From the NCBI GenBank assembly GCA_965655315.1, contig CBFHGJ010000004.1:4382-68381 (forward strand): DNA of 64,000 bases. The letters are read 5' to 3'. The translations under genes were made by a program, and so were the position numbers. Source of the DNA: Bacteroidia bacterium (GTDB lineage Bacteria; Bacteroidota; Bacteroidia; NS11-12g; UBA9320). The notes beneath the pieces were generated by a model that made no database searches, was not told the DNA's origin, and saw nothing but the letters and a program-made list of their open reading frames with translations. This document shows, one piece after another, positions 58,124 through 64,000 of the stretch (its first letter is position 1; every line of letters starts with the position of its first letter).

Positions 58124-58918
58124 ATGAAATCGAAACATATCTTTACATTGCTATTCATCATGCTAGTAGGTAGTGCATATACTACTGATATGCGACGTAA
58201 TGATGCCATGCGTTCTCAAATAAACAATGCATTTACCTATGGGGAAGAGCTCACTTACAGAGTTCACTACGGATGGATAAATGCCGCTAGTGTAAAAATA
58301 AAAGTAGCAGATAAGCCTACTATGGTTAATGGTAGAGAAACCTTCAGAATAAGTGCCTTTGGAAAAACGTTTAAGTCCTTCGATTGGGCATTTAGGGTGA
58401 GAGACCATTTTGTGAGTTATGTAGACGCAAGGAGTATTGCCCCTTTAAAGTACTACAAAAAGGTAGAAGAAGATAACTACCGAGATGAAGATCTGGTATA
58501 CTACGACCACGAAAATGGCAAGCTGAAAGGCTCTCAAGAAAACATGGACATGCCGGCATACGTACAAGATATTATTAGCGGTTCTTTCTATGCCAGGACG
58601 ATTGATTTTGAAAGTGCCAGTATAGGACAATCTTTCCCAATAAACATATATCTAGATCAGGAAATATATGACCTCAAGTTCAAGTATCTAGGAAAAGAAG
58701 TGATAAAAACTGACTTGGGCAAAGTAGAGTGTTATAAGCTTAGACCACAACTGGTTGTAGATCGCGTATTTAAAGACGAAGACGATATGACCATCTGGAT
58801 ATCTGCTGATGAAAACAAAGTGCCGATGAGAGTGCAGGCTGCAATCTATGTTGGTAGCGTAAAAGTCTCAATCACTAAAGCTAAGGGATTAAGAAATCCG
58901 TTTAGTAGTAAAAGATAG
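58124..58918 (+). CDS. DUF3108-like secreted protein
   Basis: 264 aa with a signal peptide. The N-terminal GEELTYRVHYGWINAASVKIKV block resembles the DUF3108 signature. Confidence 0.45.
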   Translation: MKSKHIFTLLFIMLVGSAYTTDMRRNDAMRSQINNAFTYGEELTYRVHYGWINAASVKIKVADKPTMVNGRETFRISAFGKTFKSFDWAFRVRDHFVSYVDARSIAPLKYYKKVEEDNYRDEDLVYYDHENGKLKGSQENMDMPAYVQDIISGSFYARTIDFESASIGQSFPINIYLDQEIYDLKFKYLGKEVIKTDLGKVECYKLRPQLVVDRVFKDEDDMTIWISADENKVPMRVQAAIYVGSVKVSITKAKGLRNPFSSKR

Positions 58919-59047
58919 AGAGCACTTCTAATTGAGATATCCTTTCTGTAGAAATTGAATAGAGGGGACTAATAAGTTCCAATTTATACTCGTTGCTCTA
59001 ACTATTTGCTTGGTTTATTGCTTATCCTACCTTTACCACCTATTTAA

Positions 59048-60934
59048 ATGAACTACCTCAACGGAGAAAATCTGTATAAAGATCTTGGAGAACGTATCCT
59101 ATTCAAAGACCTAGATATAAGCATCAACAAGGGGGATAAAATAGCTCTTGTAGCGAATAATGGTACGGGAAAGAGCTCACTGCTTAAAATACTTGCTCAA
59201 GTAGAAGAACCTGATGATGGCATAGTGAGACTGCGTAAAGGAGTAAGATCGGCTTATCTAAGCCAAGAACCCAATTTCGATGAATCATTGACCATTCAGG
59301 AGTTGATTGATGAAAGTAGCACGCATATCATGGCTACTATTAGGTCATACGAAGCCGCTCTAGACGCCCAAACGGCTGATTATAATAAAGACACTCAACG
59401 TGTCTTTCAAAATGCCTCTGAGGCAATGGACAGAATGGATGCGTGGGATTTTGAAAGAAAACTAAAAGAATTACTGACTCGTTTCGGTATCGTTGACTAC
59501 AAACTACCCATTGCTTCACTAAGCGGTGGACAGAAAAAACGTTTGGCCATCAGTCTAGCACTTCTTCAAAATCCAGATTTACTGCTCTTAGACGAACCCA
59601 CCAATCACCTGGACTTAGAAATGATAGAGTGGTTAGAACAGTACCTGAATCGTTCCACTATAAGCATATTAATGGTAAGTCACGACCGCTATTTCCTAGA
59701 TGCGGTATGCAATAGAATAATTGAACTCAAAGACCAAAGTCTCCAAAATTATTCAGGAAATTACGCTTACTTCTTAGAAAAGAAAGCAGAAATGGAAGCA
59801 GCCCAAGCCGCAGAAATAGGCAAGGCTCAAAAGCTTATGAAGACGGAACTAGAATGGATGAGAAGAAGTCCTGCTGCACGTACTACCAAAAGTAAATCTC
59901 GTCAACAAGCATTTTACCAAACAGAAGCAAAAGCCAAAAGTGGGAAACACGAGCAAGAGCTAGATCTAGCTGTGAAAATGACTCGTATCGGTGGAAAAAT
60001 TCTAGAATTGAAAAAAGTATATAAGTCCTACGGAGAAAAGACGATACTTAAAGGATTTGACTACACCTTCAAAAAAGGGGAACGCATAGGCATAGTAGGT
60101 AAAAACGGTTGCGGTAAATCTACGATGCTCAATATGATAATGAATCTAGAGGCTCCAGATAGTGGGAAGATAAATCGTGGGGATACCATAGTATTCGGAT
60201 ACTACAGTCAAGAAGGAATGAAAAATCTAAAACCTGGAAAACGAGTCATAGAAGTCCTCAAAGATGTAGCAGATGTCATAACGCTTGCAGATGGAAGCAA
60301 AGTGACTGCAAATCAGCTACTTAATTTATTTCTATTTCCTCCTCAAATGCAAAATCAGTTTGTAGCTAAACTAAGTGGTGGAGAGAAACGCAGGTTATAT
60401 CTGCTTACCGTTCTAATGAAGAACCCTAACTTTCTTATCCTAGATGAGCCCACAAATGATTTGGATATTCTTACTTTAAATAAGCTTGAAGGGTTTCTAG
60501 CAGAATTTGCTGGATGTATCTTACTTGTGAGTCACGATAGGTATTTTCTAGACCGATTGGTGGACCATTTATTTGTATTTGAAGGCGATGGAAAAATAAA
60601 AGATTACAACGGTAGCTACAGCGAGTATCGTTTAGAGCAAGAAGCTAAGGAGAAAGAGATTAAAAAGGTAGCTAAGCTCGAAAATGAATCAACAGCTAAA
60701 GTCAAAACAGAAAAGCCAAAAACGAAACTGAGCTTTAAAGAAAAATACGAGTTTGAGAATCTAGAACAAGAACTAGAAGATCTAGAAACTGAAAAGGGTC
60801 TACTAGAGGCAGAGCTAGCGGCAAACCCTACTGATTTTGATGTTATTTCTAAAGCGAGCGGTAGACTAACCGAAGTGATAAAGCTTATCTCTGAAAAAAC
60901 AGATAGATGGTTGGAGTTGAGTGAGTACGACTAA
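59048..60934 (+). CDS. ABC-F family ATPase (two tandem ABC domains, no TM domain)
   Basis: 628 aa. Two Walker A sites (NGTGKSS, GKNGCGKST), two LSGG signatures, an inter-domain linker and a charged C-terminal coiled coil. Confidence 0.88.
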   Translation: MNYLNGENLYKDLGERILFKDLDISINKGDKIALVANNGTGKSSLLKILAQVEEPDDGIVRLRKGVRSAYLSQEPNFDESLTIQELIDESSTHIMATIRSYEAALDAQTADYNKDTQRVFQNASEAMDRMDAWDFERKLKELLTRFGIVDYKLPIASLSGGQKKRLAISLALLQNPDLLLLDEPTNHLDLEMIEWLEQYLNRSTISILMVSHDRYFLDAVCNRIIELKDQSLQNYSGNYAYFLEKKAEMEAAQAAEIGKAQKLMKTELEWMRRSPAARTTKSKSRQQAFYQTEAKAKSGKHEQELDLAVKMTRIGGKILELKKVYKSYGEKTILKGFDYTFKKGERIGIVGKNGCGKSTMLNMIMNLEAPDSGKINRGDTIVFGYYSQEGMKNLKPGKRVIEVLKDVADVITLADGSKVTANQLLNLFLFPPQMQNQFVAKLSGGEKRRLYLLTVLMKNPNFLILDEPTNDLDILTLNKLEGFLAEFAGCILLVSHDRYFLDRLVDHLFVFEGDGKIKDYNGSYSEYRLEQEAKEKEIKKVAKLENESTAKVKTEKPKTKLSFKEKYEFENLEQELEDLETEKGLLEAELAANPTDFDVISKASGRLTEVIKLISEKTDRWLELSEYD

Positions 60935-61000
60935 GCGTTCCTCATCTTCCTTCTCTTTTTTATATACCTCACTACGAGGACAACAAGTACAGGCATAAAC

Positions 61001-63811
61001 TTATATTCTAAAACTCACACCAAATAAGAGTTGACGAGGAGCTAGATATCTAGCAGGATTATTTGGAGGAGCTCCGTTTTCTTCAGGACCTACGTATCGT
61101 GGATCTCTTTGTGAGTTGGGTAAGTCATCACCTGGCTCCCACGCTCTTCCTGTCACAGGATTTATGATTTGAGCGTTCTTATTGTTAAACAAGTTTCTTG
61201 CTTCTACACTTAGTGTTATTCCCTTCCCTTTTTTATTGGCAATAGTCTTGGTGAATTTCATATCTGCGTTTATCCATGGAGTGCCTCGTTCCTCCAGGAA
61301 ACTATTGAAATCTGATACATACTCCGGTCTTCCCAAAGGATTTTCTCCTTCTCTAATTTGTGGTGTATAACGCAGTCCACTTTGATATGACCAACTAAAG
61401 AATACTTGAGTTCTACTCATCCATTTCTTATAAAAAGATAGTGTAGAGTCCGGTGAAAACACAACACCAAGATTTATATTCCAAGGTCTATCCCAAGCCA
61501 AGAAATTCTCTGTGCTCAATGGAACTTCACCATTTTGTTCTATCTGTAAACTACTCTCTCTAGCACTATTACTTTTTCCTTTTGCTAGCTGATATGCGAT
61601 GTTTGTAAAGGTTCTAAAATAGTTAGTTGCATTCCAAATGATATTTGCTTCAGCACCCTGCACTTTTGCATAGTCCTGATTGATATACATCGTCTTACTT
61701 ACTGGCCTTCCTGTTTGGTCATTTACCAGTACTCTTCTACTTACGATGTAGTCAAATCTATTGTTATTATACGCAGCTAGAGTTAGGCCTATGGTCTTTT
61801 TTATCTGAGCTTTAAATCCTATTTCATACGATACATTCACCTCTGGGTTTAGGTCTGGATTGCCTAGGAAAGAAAGAAAACTTCTGTCTTGAAACTCTGG
61901 ATCAAGACCAGCATAAACGAATCTTGGATGCGGCAATCTCATACTATGACTATAGTTAAAATAGAGCACGTTATTACTAGTTACTGGAAAAGAAACATTA
62001 ATCTTTGGAAGCAATCTAGCCTTGTATCTAAGTCCTCCAATTTTGACTGTATTCTTCACATAGTCTTCTCTCACCTGGTCTATTACCGGTGCTTGAGGAT
62101 TTTCTATAGCATCATCTGCAAACTGTCCGGGTGCCCAATAGTTAAATCGCATACCCAAACTAGCTATGATGCCCTTGTACTGTATTTTATCAGAGAAGAA
62201 GAAACCTCCATTATTCGGTTTCACTCTCCATATATCATTACTAGAACCTATGCTTATACTAGGAGTGGAAGTACTATCATTGATTTGAATAGGAGCTCCT
62301 ACCCATGGTCTAGTAACATCTACCCATTGATACTCATTTAGTTTTTGTTCCCAACCAAAGTTCATCTGATGAGCCTCCTTTTCAGGATAGTATTTGAAGT
62401 TCAGCTTTATCGTGTACTCTCGTGCAAAGTGGTCGTGCCAAGTAGGCGTTATGCCACCATTATTGATAAGTCCAGGCCCAGGAAGCACAAATTGAATTGG
62501 TCCTTGAGGATTAAATACCTGAACAGGGTCAGTCACGATACTTTCTTCATCAAATACCTGTCCTACGGTCTCTGTTCTAAAAGGCCTTCCATTAGCATCA
62601 GCTCTCAGGTTTGTAAATAATCTTCCAAGTGATAACGTACCAATAAGACGTTCATTAATTGTTCTACGCAGATTTATTGCAGTTAGGTTGGAGTGATGAG
62701 TGTAGGTAGTTCCGTTATCTAGATTCAGACTTCTATCGAACTGAAATCCTGGTGCTAGAATAGCATCAAATCCAACAATCTGAAGTGTTCTAGTATTCTG
62801 ATTGATACTCAAACTGTGTTGGTTTGTTACTGTGATTTTGGTTTTTTGGTTGATCTCGTGGCTAAGCTTTAGCGTGTGTGTAAACTGATTGGCTTGTCTA
62901 GGAGCCCAAATACTGTCATTCGTGAAGAGTGAGCTGTGCAGTTGGTTAGCGGTTGGGCCAAAATAGTAATCAGTGAGATTCGTAGTTACGTTATTGAAAA
63001 AATAAAACTTACGCTTCTTGATTTTTATTTTTCCTCCAAAGGATAGTTCTGCTATATCTGTGTTCCAACCGAAACTAGGATTACCTCCAAAATTATCCCG
63101 TTGCCAGCTACCTGCAACTTCAAACTCGTCTGAACCCTCTTTAATCGTGGTACTAATGACACCCGCAGTACCACCATCATGTTCTGCCCCTGCTCCACCA
63201 GTAATCAGTTCAAGTTCTCCGATTGAACCACTTGCTACTTGCACACCAAAACCAGTACCTGCTAGTGGATCCTGTGCACTAATGTTATCTACGTTAAATG
63301 AAGTTTCATAAACACGAGCTCCACGAATCTGAAGACCATCCGGAGACTTAGAAACACCAGCTTGTAAAGCCACCACTTCTTGAACGTCTCTCACATTCAT
63401 TTCAGCAATGTCTTTTTTATTCAGTGTAATGGTGCTTTTTGCATCATCTAAATCAACAGCCTTTCTCTTACCTACTACCTTCACAGTCTCAAAAGTGTTG
63501 GTCTGTGGTGTCATTTCGATATTAAGCTTTTTCGTCTGCTTGGCCTTAATATCTATGTTGTTATAGATCTTTTGCTGATAGCCCATAAACTGGATGTTTA
63601 CGGAATATCTTCCTGGCTTGATATTCTCAATGAGGTAAGAACCGTCAGGTTCTGAAATGGCAGCTCCATATGTACCTACTACCCGAATTACTGCCCCTAC
63701 CAATGGCTCTCCAGAATCTTCATCTGTAAGCGTACCCATAAGCCTACCACTTTGTGCTATAGCGGATACAGAGACTAACAGAAAGAGTATACTACCAATT
63801 AAATTCTTCAT
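61001..63811 (-). CDS. TonB-dependent receptor with N-terminal carboxypeptidase-regulatory-like domain
   Basis: 936 aa with a signal peptide. CarbopepD_reg-like region (…GAVIRVVGTYGAAISEPDGSYLIENIKPGRYSV…), a plug region, and a long beta-barrel. Confidence 0.82.
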   Translation of the reverse strand: MKNLIGSILFLLVSVSAIAQSGRLMGTLTDEDSGEPLVGAVIRVVGTYGAAISEPDGSYLIENIKPGRYSVNIQFMGYQQKIYNNIDIKAKQTKKLNIEMTPQTNTFETVKVVGKRKAVDLDDAKSTITLNKKDIAEMNVRDVQEVVALQAGVSKSPDGLQIRGARVYETSFNVDNISAQDPLAGTGFGVQVASGSIGELELITGGAGAEHDGGTAGVISTTIKEGSDEFEVAGSWQRDNFGGNPSFGWNTDIAELSFGGKIKIKKRKFYFFNNVTTNLTDYYFGPTANQLHSSLFTNDSIWAPRQANQFTHTLKLSHEINQKTKITVTNQHSLSINQNTRTLQIVGFDAILAPGFQFDRSLNLDNGTTYTHHSNLTAINLRRTINERLIGTLSLGRLFTNLRADANGRPFRTETVGQVFDEESIVTDPVQVFNPQGPIQFVLPGPGLINNGGITPTWHDHFAREYTIKLNFKYYPEKEAHQMNFGWEQKLNEYQWVDVTRPWVGAPIQINDSTSTPSISIGSSNDIWRVKPNNGGFFFSDKIQYKGIIASLGMRFNYWAPGQFADDAIENPQAPVIDQVREDYVKNTVKIGGLRYKARLLPKINVSFPVTSNNVLYFNYSHSMRLPHPRFVYAGLDPEFQDRSFLSFLGNPDLNPEVNVSYEIGFKAQIKKTIGLTLAAYNNNRFDYIVSRRVLVNDQTGRPVSKTMYINQDYAKVQGAEANIIWNATNYFRTFTNIAYQLAKGKSNSARESSLQIEQNGEVPLSTENFLAWDRPWNINLGVVFSPDSTLSFYKKWMSRTQVFFSWSYQSGLRYTPQIREGENPLGRPEYVSDFNSFLEERGTPWINADMKFTKTIANKKGKGITLSVEARNLFNNKNAQIINPVTGRAWEPGDDLPNSQRDPRYVGPEENGAPPNNPARYLAPRQLLFGVSFRI

Positions 63812-64000
63812 TCAGTATTTTAGAAATGACCTGGTTTTGGTTGTCTTTTAGTTTATCTAGTAGATGCAACTGAATAGTGAATAGAATTAGATTCGTATTC
63901 CCAGCTGCATTACTTCTCTTTATTGCAATGGTATTGGGTCCCGTCCAACCTCCACTTGGTGTTAGTTGTGCCTGATAGAATGGCTCGGCACCTACTGAAG

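Noticed and set aside
57775-63851. ORFs 57775..57963(-), 58163..58408(-), 58445..58630(-), 61182.., 61889.., 62345.., 63018.., 63657.. (+)
   Set aside because: Inside the OM protein, DUF3108 and TonB-receptor genes. Spurious.
63793-64000. Open minus-strand frame running from the window edge and ending (…KILNEEFNW*) 18 nt inside the TonB-receptor start
   Set aside because: It has no start within the window and no recognisable family, and it would overlap the receptor N-terminus. Cannot be supported from this window alone.
1-64000. CRISPR arrays, tRNA/rRNA genes, IS elements, integrases, prophage genes
   Set aside because: Spacers longer than 60 nt contain no direct-repeat arrays, no tRNA-like cloverleaf candidates that I could recognise, and no transposase/integrase-like ORFs. 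The window appears to be core chromosome.

Overview
This 64 kb segment is gene-dense, low-GC chromosomal DNA with the hallmarks of a marine Bacteroidota (Flavobacteriia-like) genome. Many genes have overlapping stop and start codons, and Bacteroidetes -7 promoter boxes (TAnnTTTG) are visible. Three proteins end in the T9SS type-B (gliding-motility-associated) C-terminal domain and one in a type-A Por C-terminal domain. There are two TonB-dependent receptors, a green-type proton-pumping proteorhodopsin immediately followed by blh (retinal synthesis), and the bacillithiol glycosyltransferase BshA. Housekeeping genes include hflX, frr, aat, menF with a hotdog thioesterase, an FAH-family hydrolase, pyrC, acyl-CoA carboxylase beta, yebC, an Mpl-like Mur ligase, kynU, the C-terminal three modules of methionine synthase, aroE and an ABC-F ATPase. 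I saw no rRNA, tRNA, CRISPR array, transposase or integrase. The candidates for something new are: (1) a contiguous minus-strand operon of an ECF sigma factor, a single-pass membrane anti-sigma-like protein that itself ends in a T9SS type-B C-terminal domain, and a 2025-aa PKD-rich T9SS cargo; (2) a TroABCD-like metal importer in which one permease is fused to a DtxR/TroR-type repressor domain, co-transcribed with a small TonB-dependent receptor and a lipoprotein; (3) a SAM-I (S-box) riboswitch with a -7 promoter box in front of a metH that lacks the homocysteine-binding module; and (4) a strong intrinsic terminator 3 nt before the blh start, between the opsin and blh. The ORF track uses TTG/GTG as well as ATG starts, so some N-termini are probably over-extended. 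My hand-counted coordinates for RNA elements are +/- 2 nt.
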